In this document: positions 1-13,463 of the stretch, in pieces
Layout of the letters: every line of letters starts with the position of its first letter
Position numbering within the stretch: the first letter of the stretch is position 1
Source: Chiloscyllium plagiosum
Taxonomy: Eukaryota
DNA length: 64,000 nt
Assembly (NCBI RefSeq): GCF_004010195.1
Contig: NC_057720.1
Location: 30,376,927-30,440,926 of the forward strand
Direction of reading: 5' to 3'
The notes under the pieces: generated by a model
The model's input: only the letters and a program-made list of their open reading frames with translations
What the model was told of the DNA's origin: nothing
Databases searched by the model: none
Program-made: the position numbers and the translations under genes

Positions 1-232
1 TTCCCGACCTCTCCGCCCCCACCCCAATCTGTCCTATCACCCTCACCTTGACCTTTTTCCACCTATCACATTTCCGACGCCCCTCCCCCAAGTCCCTCCT
101 CCCTATCTTTTATCTTAGCCTGCTGGACAAACTTTCCTCATTCCTGAAGAAGGGCTAATGCCCGAAACGTCGATTCTCCTGTTCCCTAGATGCTGCCTGA
201 CCTGCTGCGCTTCTCCAGCAACACATTTCCAT
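1..232 (+). mobile_element. Penelope-like element 3' end with hammerhead-like motif (family A)
   Basis: C/T-rich UTR, then CTGAAGA-a-gggc-taat-gccc-GAAA-cgtc at 144-171; same layout as 56043-56338. Confidence 0.75.
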
Positions 233-1029
233 GCCTGACCTGACCCAAGCCTGCTGGACCTGACATTTTCCCATGCTATTGACTGACTCAATTTAACCCT
301 TCAACCACTACGATTCATGGTTCAAATCTGCTGGACCTTTGGGACCTTTAACTCCTAAAATTTGGCAGCAAATGTGATCAGAAAAGGAATGAGTCTTGGC
401 TTGCAAGGTAAATGGTTGATTTCAAAATGTATTACCATTGGCCAATTCGGTTCTAATGGTAATCAGGATATCTGGGCTATTCAAACTCAGCAGACACAGT
501 GATAGAAATGTAGAGAGAGCAACAGCTTCTTCTCTCAGCTGTTCTGCTGCAATGTGCCCTTGGCAACACACACAAAGCTTGGCTAGTCTCATGACTTCTC
601 ACTAACTGCCATCAGAAGTTCAAAACCTCATTGGATATTCCAGAAGTTATCTTTGATTTGCTCATGTCGGCACAGTCTTCTGAAGAAATTTAACATCTTC
701 TATCTAAGTAATTAACTTCGGAACAGTTCAGTTTTCAGCGAGTGAAGATTGTGAATACCTGAATTTTGATAAGGCAGGAAGAAAGTGGTTTACACATTTC
801 ACTTTAGTGAATCAGGAATGATTGATAATCTTGAACAGGTGTGAAGTATCTTTGTTCTATAACAATTCCCCTTTTCTTTCTTTAGGGAGCGTCTGGGATC
901 TGGAAAAAGATCAGATCAAGATTGAAAACAAATTTTAAGCCTTAACCTATCTGAATAAATATCTCAGCAGATTTACCAAAAAATACTTTCACAATAAATG
1001 AAACACAAAATTATGCTACATTTCATTCA

Positions 1030-1385
1030 AAGGTAGCTTGTTTGAAACATTTTATTGAAACATACAAGATTTGCAGTGGATTTGATAGGATATATTTGGA
1101 GAGATTGTTTCCCCTTACAGGACAGTCAAGAAACAGAGGGCATAATCTTAGAGTAAGGGGTTGCCCATTCAAGACAGAGATGAGGAGGATATTTTCCCTC
1201 TCATTGGGTAGTAAATCCATCAACTTATTTGAGGGTGGATCACGTATATTCACGGCTGTGATAGATTTTTAAATAGTGAGGGAATTGAGGGCTATGGAGA
1301 TAAGGCAGAAAAATGAACTGATTGAATGAAAGAGCAGAATTGATGGCCCAAATGGCCCGCTACTTCTTCTACATCATACAATTTT
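1030..1385 (+). mobile_element. CR1 LINE 3' fragment, decayed
   Basis: IETYKI...FDRI..ERLFPL...RNRGHNLRV. Confidence 0.75.
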
Positions 1386-2460
1386 ATGACATTTCTTGGA
1401 TTTTATATTTGAGTAACTCATGGGATAAATAACTTGAAAGTGAATTGTGAATTGGCTCAATCTCGCCCTCTTATAACTGTTTCCTTGTTAATTTGACAGT
1501 TTAGACAAATCTTTCACTGTAAAGACTGAAACAAAATAGTTACTCAAGGCTTTGGCTGTTTCAGCATTACCCAATACTAATTCACCTTTCTCATCCTGCA
1601 AGGGACCTACGTCCACTTCAGCCATCCTTTTCCATTTTATGTATTTATAAAAACGTTTCCTACCTTTTTTAATGTTCTGTGCTAGTTTGCATTCATAATC
1701 TATCTTTCCTTTCTTTATTGCTTGCTTCGTAGTTTTCTTGTTGCTTTTTAAAGTTTTTCCAATCTTCCTGTTTCCCAGTATTCTTGGCTGTTTTGTAAGC
1801 CTGAGCTTTTAGTTGGATGCCTTCCTTCATTTCCTTGATTATCCAAGGCTGGCTCTTCCTCCCCTTGCTATCCTCGTTTTTGACTATGCTTGTTACATCC
1901 TCAAAGAACTGCAGTAAATTTGCCTAATACGACCTTCCCTTCCTGAATCCATGTTGAATCTGCCTGATGGAACCCTTTCCATCCAGATGTCTCACTATTT
2001 CTTCTTTAATGATAGCCTCCAGCATTTTCCTGACTAGTTATTAAGTTAACTGGCCTATAGTTAGCTGCCTTTTGCCTACACCCTTACTTAAACAGCAGCA
2101 TGACATTCACTGTTTTCCAGTGACCAGAATGTACTTTTCTTGAAAAGTCTCTGCTTGAAAAGCACAGTGAAAAATCTCTTTGAAAGTCCTCCATTGTTTT
2201 TCAACTGTTCCACCATATAACTTGCAAGCCCAGTCTAATTTAGCTAACTCCTTCCTAATCCCTTTATGTTTAAGCATAACACCCTGGTTTTCGAAGATAC
2301 TGTTTGTATCTGAAACTCGATCATACAATGATCACTCTTTCCGAGAGGATTCTTAACTACGAGATCATTAATTTTACCTGTCTCATTGCACAGTACCAGA
2401 TCTAAGACTCCAAGCTCTCTCGTAGGTTCAGTAACATGCTGTTCAAGAAAGTAATCACGG

Positions 2461-5400
2461 TCACGAACAGCTAAAAAAAGTTTCTGGTATTGAGACCGGT
2501 TCTAATGCAACGAGGGGTACGTTGGGTTCCAAGAGATCAATTATGTTGGGGGATTCTCTAGTCAGAGGTACAGACAGACAATTCTTTGGCCAGCAACGAA
2601 AATTCAGAATGGTGTGTGGCTTCCCTGGTGCCAGGATCAAGGATGTCTCAGAGAGGGTGCAGAATGTTCTCAATGGGGAGAGGGGCCAGCAGGAGGTCAT
2701 TGTCCACATTGGAACCATTGATATAGGAAGGGAAAAGGTTGATATTCTGAAGGGTGATTACAAAGTTAGGCAGGAATTTAAAAAGGAGGTTCTCAAGAGT
2801 AGTAAATTCTGGAATACTCCCAGTGCTACGAGCTAGTGAGGGCAGGAATAGGAGGATAGAGCAAATGAATGCATGGCTGAGGAGCTGGTGCATGGGAGAA
2901 GGATTCACATTTTTGGATCATTGGAATCTCTTTTGGGATAGAAGTGACCAGTACAAGAAGGACGGATTGCACCGAAATTGGAAGGGGATTAATGTACTAA
3001 CAGGGAGATTTGCTAGAGCTGCTTGGGAGGATTTAAACTAGTAAGGTGGGGGGGTGGGACCCAGGGAGATGGTGAGGAAAGAGATCAACCTGAGACTGGT
3101 ACAGTTGAGAACAGAAGAGAGTCAAACAGTCAGGGCAGGCAGGGACGAGGCAGGACTAATAAATTAAACTGCATTTATTTCAATGCAAGGGGCCGAACGG
3201 GGAAGGCAGATGAAGTCAGGGCATGGTTAGGAACATGGGACCGGGATGTCATAGCAATTACAGAAACATGGCTCAGGGATGGGAAGGACTGGCAGCTTAA
3301 TGATTCAGGGTACAAATGCTACAGGAAGGATAGAAAGGGAGGCAAGAGAGGAGGGTGAGTGGCGTTTTTGATAAGGGATAGCATTACAGCTGTGCTGAGG
3401 GAGGATATTCCTGGAAATACATCCAGGGAAGTTATTTGGGTGGAATTGAGAAATAAGAACGGGATTATCACCCTATTGGGATTGTACTATAGACCCCCTA
3501 ATAGTCAGAGGGAAATTGAGAAACAAACTTGTAAGAAGATCTCAGCTATCTGTAAGAATAATAGGGTGGTTATGGTAGGGGATTCTAACTTTCCAAACAT
3601 AGACTGAAACTGCCATAGTGTTAAGGGTTTAGATGGAGAGGAATTTGTTAAGTGTGTACAAGAACATTTTCTGATTCAGTATGTGGATGTATCTACTAGA
3701 GAAGATGTAAACATTGACCTGCTCCTGGGAAATAAGGCAGGGCAGGTAACTGAGGTGTCAGTGAGGGAGCACTTTGGGGCCAGCGACCATAATTCCATTA
3801 GATTCAAAATAGTGATGAAAAAGAATAGACCAGATCTAACAGTTGATGTTCTAAATTGGAGAAAAGCCAATTTTGATGGTGTTCGGCAAGAACTTTCAAA
3901 AGCTGATTGGGGGCAGATGTTCGCAGGCAAAGGGATGGCAGGAAAATGGTAAGCCTTCAGGAATGAGATAACGAGAGGCCAGAGAAAGTATATTCCTGTC
4001 AGGGTGAAAGGCAAGGCTGGTAGGTACAGGGAATGCTAGATGACTAAAGAAATTGAGGGTTTGGCTAAGAAAAAGAAGGAAGCATATGTAAGGCATAGAC
4101 AGATAGATCATGTGAATCCTTAGGAGAGTATAAAGGAAGTAGGAGTATACTTAAGAGGGAAATCAGGAGGGCAAAAAGGGGACATGAGATAGCTTTGGCA
4201 AATAGAATTAAGGAGAATCTAAAGGGGTTTTACAAATCCAATAAGGACAAAAGGGTAACTAGCGAGAGAATAGGGCCCCTCAAAAATCAGAGCTGAAAAT
4301 GTGTTGCTGGTAAAGCACAGCAGGTCAGGCAGCATCCAAGGATCAGGAGAATCGACGTTTCGGCATAAGCCCTTCATCAGGCTTATGCCCGAAACGTCGA
4401 TTCTCCTGTTCCTTGGATGCTGCCTGACCTGCTGTGCTTTACCAGCAACACATTTTCAGCTCTGATCTCCAGCATCTGCAGACCTCACTTTCTCCCCTCA
4501 AAAATCAGCAAGGCGACCTTTGGGTGGAGCAGCAGAAAATGGGGGAGATACTAAACAAGTATTTTGCATCAGTATTTACTGTGGAAAAGGATATGAAAAA
4601 TATAGAATGTAGGGAAATAGATGGTGACATCTTGAAAAATGTCCACATTACCAAGGAGTAAGTGCTGATGTCTTGAAATGCACAAAGGTGGATAAATCCC
4701 CAGGACCTGATCAGGTGTACCCGAGAATTCTGTGGGAAGCTAGAGAAGTGATTGCTGGGCCTCTTGCTGAAATATTTGTATCATCGATAGTCACAGGTGA
4801 GGTGCCGGAAGACTGGAGGTTGGCAAACATGGTGCCACTGTTTAAGAAGGGCGGTAAGGACAAGCCAGGGAACTATAAACCAGTGAGCCTGACGTCGGTG
4901 GTGGGCAAGTTGTTGGAGGGAATCCTGAGGGACAGGATGTACATGTATTTGGAAAGGCAAGGAATGATGATAGTCAACATGGCTTCACAAACTTGACTAA
5001 GTTTTTTGAGGAAGTAACAAGAGGATTGATGAGGGCAGAGGGGTAGATGTGATCTATATGGACTTCAGTAAGGCATTCAACAAGGTTCCCCATGGGAGAC
5101 TGGTTAGCAAGGTTAGATAGAACATAGAACATAGAACATAGAAGAATACAGCGCAGTACAGGCCCTTGGGCCCTCGAGCCAATGGGCTGAGAAGTGGCAG
5201 ATGGAGTTTAATTCAGATAAATGCGAGGTGCTGCATTTTGGGAAAGCAAATCTTAGCAGGACTTATACACTTAATGGTAAGGTCCTAGGGAGTGTTGCTG
5301 AACAAAGAGACCGTGGAGTGCAGGTTCATAGCTCCTTGAAAGTGGAATTGCAGGTAGAGTGAAGAAGGCGTTTGGAATGCTTTCCTTTATTGGTCAGCGT

Positions 5401-6012
5401 ATTGAGTACAGGAGTTGGGAGGTCATGTTGTGGCTGTACGTACAGGACAAGGGTTAGCATACTGTTAGAGCATTGCGTGCAATTTTGGTCTCCTTCCCAT
5501 CGGAAAGATGTTGTGAAACTTGAAAGGGTTCAGAAAAGATTTACAAGGATGTTGCTAGGGTTAGATGATTTGAGCTACAGGGAGAGGCTGAACAGGCTGG
5601 GGCTGTTTTCCCTGAAGCGTTGGAGGCGGAGGGGTGACCTTATAGAAGTTTACAAAATCATGAGAGGCATGGATAGGATAAATAGACAAAGTCTTTTCCC
5701 TGGGGTGGGGGCAGTCCAGAACTAGAGGGCATAGGTTTAGGGTGAGAGGGGAAAGATATAAAAGAGACCCTAGGGGCAACCTTTTCACACAGAGGGTGGT
5801 ACGTGTATAGAATGAGCTGCCAGAGGAAGTGGTGGAGGCTGATACAATTGCAACATTAAAAGGCATTTGGATGGTTTTATGAATAGGAAGGGTTTGGAGG
5901 GATATGGGCCAGGTGCTGGCAGGTAGGACTTGATTGGGTTGGAATATCTGATCGGCATGAACAGGTTGGAACAAAGGGTCTGTTTCCATGCTGTACATCT
6001 CTATGACTATGA
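2461..6012 (+). mobile_element. CR1 LINE with ORF1 esterase domain and disrupted ORF2 (APE + RT)
   Basis: ORF1 GDSLVRG...FPGARIKDV...VHIGT (SGNH/GDSL); ORF2 YFNAR, IAITETWL, YYRPP, KSPGPD, NYKPVSLTS, CVQFWSP; (ctatga) tail. Confidence 0.93.
4291..4493. mobile_element. Palindromic Penelope-derived element (family A) in CR1 ORF2
   Basis: Inverted arms; TSD cccctcaaaaatcag on both sides. Confidence 0.85.
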
Positions 6013-7326
6013 CTCGATGAGTTCTATGAACTCCAATTCAAGACTGCTCTCTACTGACTTGATTCGCCTAATTAACGTGCATGTTAAAGTCTCCCGTGAC
6101 TATCACTGCTCCATTCTTACATGCATCATATATTTCTTGATTGATCGCCTGTGTCACTCTAGCATTATTATTGGATGGCCTATAGACTACTCCCACCAGT
6201 GACGTCTTCTCCTATTCCTGATCTTCACCCAAATTGATTCAACATTTTGCTCCTTAGATCCTATATCATCCCTCCCTATCACCCTAATGTCATCCTTAAT
6301 TAAGAGCACGACCCTACTTCCATTACCTTCCTGACTATCTTTCAGAATTATCTGATCCCTTGGATATTTAATTCCCAGTCGTCACCACTCTGCAACCACA
6401 TCTTTGTAATGCCAAATCATACCATCTTGCACTGATTTGCACAACAAGTTCATTGACTTTGCTTCCAAGACTACTGGCATTCAGATAAAGTGCCCTTCTA
6501 CTCATTGCTACATTCCAATGGAACAATCTCCCTGTCTTTCGCATGATTGTCACCCAATTTTACTTTTTTCTTTTCTAACTTTTGCTCTGGTCTCTGCATT
6601 GCTTTTTTCTGCCTGGACTCCCATCATCTTGCCACCCTTCCTCTCAGTCTCTCTGCTCATTGCATCTACTTTTACACCAACTGCTGTACCTTCTGATCTG
6701 ACGCTCTGGTTCCCACCTCCCTGCTGACCTAGTTTAAACCTTCCCTAACAGCTCTGGATCCTGTCCATTAGGATATTGGATCCCCCCACAACCCCCACCC
6801 GAGTTCAGGTGTTACCTGTCTCTTTTGTACAGGTCATACCTTCCCCAGAAGAGAACCCAATGATCACAAATCTGTAACCCTGTGCAGCCTTGCATTTGTC
6901 TGCTGTATCTTCCTATTCTTGCCCTCACTAGCATGTTACACATGCAGCAACCCAGAGATTACTACCTTTGAGGTTCTTTTTAGCTTCCTTCCTAACTCCC
7001 TAAATTCACTTTACACGATCTCAATCACTTTTCCTAGCTATGTCAATGGTATTAACATGTACCAATGATTTTGGCTGTTCACACTTCCCTTTAAGAATGC
7101 TGTAGACTTGATCCGAGACATCCCCGACCCTGGCATCCGGGAAGCAACATACCATCCAGAAGTATTGTTCTCATCCACAGAATATCCTGTCTGCTCCCCT
7201 GAAATGCCCTCTCTTCTCCCCCCTTTCCTTCTGAGTCACAGGTCCAGACACCGTGCCAGAGGCCTAGCTACTGTGGCTTTCCCCTGGTAGGTCACGCCAC
7301 ACCCCCCAACAATATCCAAGATTGTA

Positions 7327-7543
7327 CACAGGGTGACCACTGTGTCTGCGGAGTTGGTTTCCGCGATTTCAGTTACGCCGGGCCCAAACATATTACATGG
7401 AACATTCCAGAACCAGGGGCAGTCAAGGAGGTAAATTTCCCATTTAAATGAACAGGCTCACGACTATCCGTAGTTTCAGGCTTCTGCAGTAGGTCTTGGA
7501 ACGTATCCCTTGTGGTTATAGGGGTGGGGTGGGGGAACGACTG
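7327..7543. mobile_element. Tc1/mariner (Tigger-like) non-autonomous element
   Basis: TA-flanked; right end ggaacgtatccc...gggggaacgactg. Confidence 0.5.
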
Positions 7544-7924
7544 TACTTGTTAGAGGGTAAAGGCCACAGGGGATCCCTGCACTGACTGCCTATTCAGTTT
7601 CCCTCTCCTGATGGTCACCCAGCTACCTTCATCTTGTAACCTAGGTGTGACTATCTTTCTGTAGCTCCTCTCTGTCAACCCTCAACCTCCTGAATAATTC
7701 AGCTCCAATTCCCTAATGCACGCTGTGAGGAACTGCAGCTGGGTGCACTTCTCGCAAGTCAGCAGGGACTGTGGTAGTGACCCTGACCTCCCACATCCTG
7801 CACAAGAAGCATGCAAGTGCTCTAGCCTCCATCCCTAGTGTTCTGAAAAAAAAGAGAAATCAAAACCTTACCTGAGCTTCACTGCAGCACCCCCCTCCCA
7901 ACCGTGTCTCCCCACTCAATGCCT

Positions 7925-8766
7925 CTGGAAGGGGACTAATATACTGGCAGGGAAATTTGCTAGAACTGCTTCGGAGGATTTAAACTCATAAGGAGGATGG
8001 GGGGAAACCCAGGGAGATAGTGAGGAAAGAGATCAATCTGAGACTAGTACAGTTAAGAACAGAAGTGAATTAAACAAACAGTCAGGACAGGCAGGGACAA
8101 GGTAGGACTAATAAATTAAACTGCATTTATTTCAAAGCAAGGGGCCTAACAGGGAAGGCAGATGAACTCAGATTACAGAGGAGGAAGTGCTGGATGTCTT
8201 GAAATGGTTAAAGGTGGATAAATCCCCAGGTCCTGATCAGGTGTACCCGATAACTCTGTGGGAAGCTAGAGAAGTGATTACTGTGCCTCTTGCTGAGATA
8301 TTTCAAGGATGTTGCCAGGGTTGGAGGATTTGAGCTATAGGGAGAGACTGAACAGACTGGAGATGTTTTCCCTGGTGTATCGGAGGCTGAGTGACCTTAT
8401 AGAGGTTTACAAAATTATGAGGGCCGTGGATAGAATAAATAGACAAAGTCTTTTCCCTGGGGTCAGGGAGTCCAGAACTAGAGGGCATAGGTTTAGAATG
8501 AGAGGGGAAAGATAGAAGAGAGACCTAAGGGGTAACTTTTTCACGCAGAGGGTGGTACGTGTATGGAATGAGCTGCCAGAGGATGTGGTGGAGGTTGCTA
8601 CAATTGCAACATTTAAGAGGCATTTGGATGGGTATATGAATAGGAAGGGTTTGGAGGGATATGGGCCGGGTGCTGGCAGGTGGGACTAGATTGGGTTGGG
8701 ATATCTGGTCGGCATGGACTGGTTGGACCGAAGGGTCTGTTTCCATGCTGTACATCTCTATGACTC
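7925..8766 (+). mobile_element. Internally deleted CR1 of the same family as 2461-6012
   Basis: Three joined blocks matching about 2980-3220, 4645-4778 and 5543-6008. Confidence 0.85.
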
Positions 8767-9594
8767 TGCACTTTTCCTCACACAGCATTACTCCTCAGCC
8801 TGGCCACTCAGATGAAAAATCTTTCAGGTCCTCCTTGAAGTGACCTTTTGTTGGATTACAGGAGGTGGGGGGACACTATTGAATATCTGATGTCCAACTA
8901 GGAATGTTTAATAACTCATCTGAGAAACAAGTATTTGACTGTGTAGGATTTTCTCAGCACTGCAGTCTCAAGTCAGCTGAAATCAGGTATTCATTTCTCT
9001 GGATTTGGGGTTGAACTTCTGACTTGAGAGAGAATGTTGTAACATGGAGCTGAAATGACTGAAGAGTGATCAATTCAATTGCGTTGCCCCATTGTGGATT
9101 GAAATTCATTATAAATTAAAGGAGCAAGTTTTGAATAGCTATGAAAATAAAGCAAATGCTGGAATAGCTGAAGTCTAATTCAGAAGTTACCAAGTTTTTG
9201 TCTCTCCTACCCTTCAGAAGCATGCATAATCTCAACACTCCTGACATTCTAGTACTTTACTGAATTGGCCTGCATTTTTGTAAAGCTTAGTTGCAATTCC
9301 AAACTCTGGAATAGAATGGTTTGATTGGATTTGTAGCACAAACAAAAAAATGGCTTTGAAGCTGCATATGCAAAATAATTTAATGGGTGATCAGCACATT
9401 TCATTCAATAACTATTTCATTAAAAAAAACTCAGTCACAGGTCATTTTGATACATAGAATGCAGTTCTCTGAGATTCTAGATTCAAAAAAGATACAAAGT
9501 CAGTAGGTAGTACAGAATTCCAGACTTGAAAATATATTTGACCTATACATAATGTTTCAAGGCATGTGAAAATTAGTGTTCACTTAAATGACAT

Positions 9595-9600
9595 TTTATT
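9595..9600 (-). terminator. Candidate distal polyadenylation signal for DHCR24
   Basis: AATAAA on minus strand, after U-rich, mostly unique 3'UTR-like sequence and just before repeat-dense DNA. Confidence 0.4.
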
Positions 9601-10312
9601 TAAAAGAACACCAAAAACAAAGTATATGTACAATGCAGTGAGACAAAAAGGGAAAACATGATTACACACTCAAACGTTCAACAACAGCTAAAGTCAGTTT
9701 TCAACCAAGGGTTACTGCCATTAAAACACTGCTGTATCATTTGTTTGAGATTTTGTTCCTTTGTACATTCTTGCAAACTGTAAACTGCTCATCCCTACAG
9801 AGGCATTTGGTCAAAAACTTCAGTTTCACATCTTAGGAGATCCAAATCAACACAAATACAAAAATAAAATTCTTTGTTTAATTTTAAGGCTAAGAAATGG
9901 CATCAAATTTAACATTAGGATAAATCAAAAGACTATTTGATCGAGCAGCTGAAATGATCAGCTGGGACTTTTTCTCACCAAATGTGTAAAGGTGAGTGAA
10001 TGAAGAGCATTATTGGACTCAAAATGTTAACTCTTGCTCTCTCCACAGATGTTGCTCAAATTACTAAGTGCACTTGCACTTTGTTCTTATTTCAGACCTC
10101 CAGCTGTCATTTTTTTAAGATTTAACTTTAGTGCTCAAGCAAGAATGACTTCAATATATCCTTCAGGAAACAATTCAAAGCAAAATGAGCCACCTCTTGC
10201 AGGGAATACTAAGGAAAGCTAGATACTTCCAAGTCACTGAATAGGCAGTGATAAGTCTCAAAACTTTAAAGCAGAAAACTTTTCCAGCAACACATTTTTC
10301 AGCTCTCTTCTC

Positions 10313-10641
10313 CGGCACGGTAGCACAGTGGTTAGCACTGCTGCTTCACAGCGCCAGAGATCCGGGTTCAATTCCCGCCTCAGGCGACTCTCTGTGTGGA
10401 GTTTGCACATTCTCCCCGTGTCTGCGTGGGTTTCCTCCGGGTGCTCCGGTTTCCTCCCACAATCCAAAAATGTGCAGGGGTTAGGTGAATTGGCCATGCT
10501 AAATTGCCCGTAGTGTTAGGTGAAGGGGTAAATGTAGGAGAATGGGTCTGGGTGGGTTACGCTTCGGCGGGTCGGTGTGGACTTGTTGGGCCGAAGGGCC
10601 TGTTTCCACACTAAGTAATCTAATCTAATCTAATCTAATCT
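10313..10641 (+). mobile_element. HE1-type tRNA-derived V-SINE
   Basis: A/B boxes, V core gtgtggagtttgcacattctccccgtgtctgcgtgggtttcctccgggtgctccgg, (taatc)n tail. Confidence 0.9.
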
Positions 10642-11448
10642 AAAAAAAAACCATTTAATAGGCTCTATTTTGCCAGATAACATCCATTGTTCTTAGCAAA
10701 TAGCAAATGTCTACTAGCTACAGAAACGAAACCGTATAAAACAAGAAGAGGATAGGGAAAAAATATAATTATTGCTCAAAATAAATTTGACCAGACAGAA
10801 AAACATGTTCAATTCCTCCCAATTTACGACATGCACTCCCTTCACTGGTACAACTGTCCCATTTGGCTTAAGTATGCAATTGAACACATCTTTCAAGTCA
10901 CCTATTGCCTTTTCACATACTCACACAGAAATCAAACCTTGTTCTTGCAAGTATCATGATAATAGTAAAAACAGACTATTTTCAATTCCATCATTTGATT
11001 TAAAAATCACTTCTTTAAAAAAAATGCCAACATTTGCATAATGTATCTCCAGAAATTAAAGAAAGGAGTGGAAGATTCCTCTGGTTCACTATTGGGTGAA
11101 ACTTGGCACAGGGATCCAAGGCACCTTTCAGAGGCCAGAAGAAATACTACTTCTCCTCCTGGTCTACAAGAAAATGTATATAATGTTTTTGGAAATTACC
11201 TGTTCTTCCTGTGACCAGGATGCTGTTAGGTAGGTTGCACACTCAGTTGGTTGCAATCAATTAAAATGGCATGTCATTCAGTAAACATCAGGATATAGCT
11301 TTGCCATTTATGTTAGGCTTCCACTCCTCTGGGGCCTGCAGCCGCATGCTTATACCTGTGTTGAACCAGATTAACAAAACTGGGAACACAGACCAAACAC
11401 TATGCCCACTGCCCCGATCCTAAATCTTAATTGCCCTTCCTACACAGT

Positions 11449-11598
11449 TGAAAAATGTGTTGCTGGAAAAGCGCAGCAGGTCAGGCAGCATGCCCAAAAC
11501 GTCGATTTTCCTGCTCCTTGGCTGCTGCCTGATCTGCTGCGCTTTTCCAGCAACACATTTTTCAGCTCTCTTCTCCAGCATCTGCAGTCCTCACTTCA
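11449..11598. mobile_element. Palindromic Penelope-derived element (family A)
   Basis: Inverted arms; TSD ttcctacacagt at 11437 and 11599. Confidence 0.85.
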
Positions 11599-12124
11599 TT
11601 CCTACACAGTACCTGCTAAGACAAATGGATTGAAATGTTAGCAACTGCTGTTGAAGGATCATAGAATTGATCATTGATGTTAACATACAAGCTCAAGAAT
11701 ACATATTTAGTATACTGAAAAGGATAGTTAATTGTACTCTTTCAGACGGCCATCATCCAGTACCAACATCTTAGTTTGCTCGAATACAGACAAGCTAGAT
11801 AAATCAATAATATTTGACTCATGAACCTGCATATGTAGAGCTGAAGTGTTTCCCCAGTTTTAAGTGCCATAACATCAGACATGATGGTTTGTGAACTTAA
11901 ATGACACAGATTCTGAGAATTATGCTATATTTATGAGCAGGGTCTACCAAAACAGGTAATACACCTTTGATACAAAGAATTAAAATTTATATACATCAAT
12001 CTCACTAAAAAAGATGATTCAGTCACAATCATTTTGAAAATGTAAGTGAAACTGCAAGTGTAAATGTAGCAGCTTGTTTGCAAATCAGGACATTATCTAT
12101 AGTTTTACATAAGTGTGCAGCAAG

Positions 12125-12470
12125 AGCAGCATGGTGGCTCAGCAGTTACCACTGCTACCTGACAGCACCAGGGATTCGGGTTTGATTCCAGCCTCGGGCA
12201 AATGTCTGTGTGGACTTTCTACATTCTCCCTGTGTATGTGTGAGTTTCCTCCGGGTGCTGCATTTTCTTCCCACAGTCCAAAGATGTGCAGGTTGGGTGG
12301 ACTGGCCATGCTAAATTGCCCTGTAGTGTCCAGGAATATGCTGGCTAGGTGGATAAGTCATGGGAAATGCAGGGCTATAGGATAAGGTGTGGTGGATCGG
12401 GGTGGGATGCTCTTCGGAAGGCCTGTGTGGACTTGATAGGCTGAAGGGCCTGCTTCCACACTGTACATAT
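12125..12470 (+). mobile_element. Older V-SINE
   Basis: Diverged head and V core. Confidence 0.8.
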
Positions 12471-13272
12471 TCAAAAAAGCATTTTGATTACAAAGACAAA
12501 CTTACAAGAAATATGTTTTTTAAAAAATGTAGCTATTCTCCTAATGGCTGAATTGGTCATAACATATGCTGTTATCAAAATTCAAAATCTTAAGACTGTT
12601 CTAACATTCAGCTAAGAGATCAGTAAGAGAATTCCATCATTACGCTAGAAAGAGAAAAACATTTCTTTTCGACTTTCATATACTTTCAGAGGGAAACCTG
12701 ACGGCAAAAAACCTGGTCATCAGGTGAGAGGTACTGTCGGTATTGCTGCGTGTGGCACATGTTCTGGCCCATTAACCTGAGCTTTAACAGTAACCCGAGC
12801 CATCCACCACTTCATCTGGAAGTGGAAGATGGACCATGTCCACAAGAACAACATGTACAAAGCTCTGGTTGGGGGTAGGCCTGCAGAGCCTCATCCTGAT
12901 AGTTACTTTTGTGTGCAGCTGCATCAAGCTATGCATACACTGTCAGTGTGCAAACACCAAAGGTTACTACATACAGAGGTTCTATCTGTTGCTGGTCTTA
13001 CTAAGGATGCGTCTGGCCTCGTTGCTGCGGAATGGTCCAAGTAATTGGACCGTTCTGTATCACCTGTCCTTTGAAGAAAAATCTGCAGATAAAAACACGT
13101 TTGATCTTACTTCCCTCAGGAAGTAATCAGCATGTAGCTTCTTCAAGACCTCATGGGAAAAGTGAGAGTGGATCCTGTTGTTTGGTTCCCTAAGCAGACT
13201 CTCAAAGTCATTTGTCAGAATGGCTGATCACAGAACTATCCAACAAGTACCAAGACATAGCTTAACTGATGA

Positions 13273-13463
13273 GGAGAAAGTGAGGACTGCAGATGCTGGA
13301 GACCAGAGTTGAAAAATGTGGTGCTGGAGAAACACAGCAGGCCAGGCAGCATCCGAGGAGCAGGAGAATCAACGTTTCGGGCATAAGCCCTTCTTCAGGA
13401 ATTCCTGAATGTCGATTCTTCTGCTCCTCGGATGCTACCTGGCCTGCTGTGTTTTTCCAGCAC
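13273..13463. mobile_element. Palindromic Penelope-derived element (family A)
   Basis: Inverted arms; TSD catagcttaactgatga at 13256 and 13464. Confidence 0.85.

Larger units (their letters stand above)
1500..7860 (-). mobile_element. Old CR1 LINE (1500-2460 and 6015-7860) split by a younger plus-strand CR1
   Basis: Minus-strand peptides VEKQWRTFKEIFH (ORF2) and ALYLNASSLGSKVNEL (AP endonuclease start). Confidence 0.7.

Noticed and set aside
240..1000. Possible LTR or exon
   Set aside because: No partner repeat, termini or recognisable peptide to support a call.
10313..10385. tRNA-like sequence with A and B boxes
   Set aside because: It is the head of a V-SINE repeated many times in the window, not a tRNA gene.
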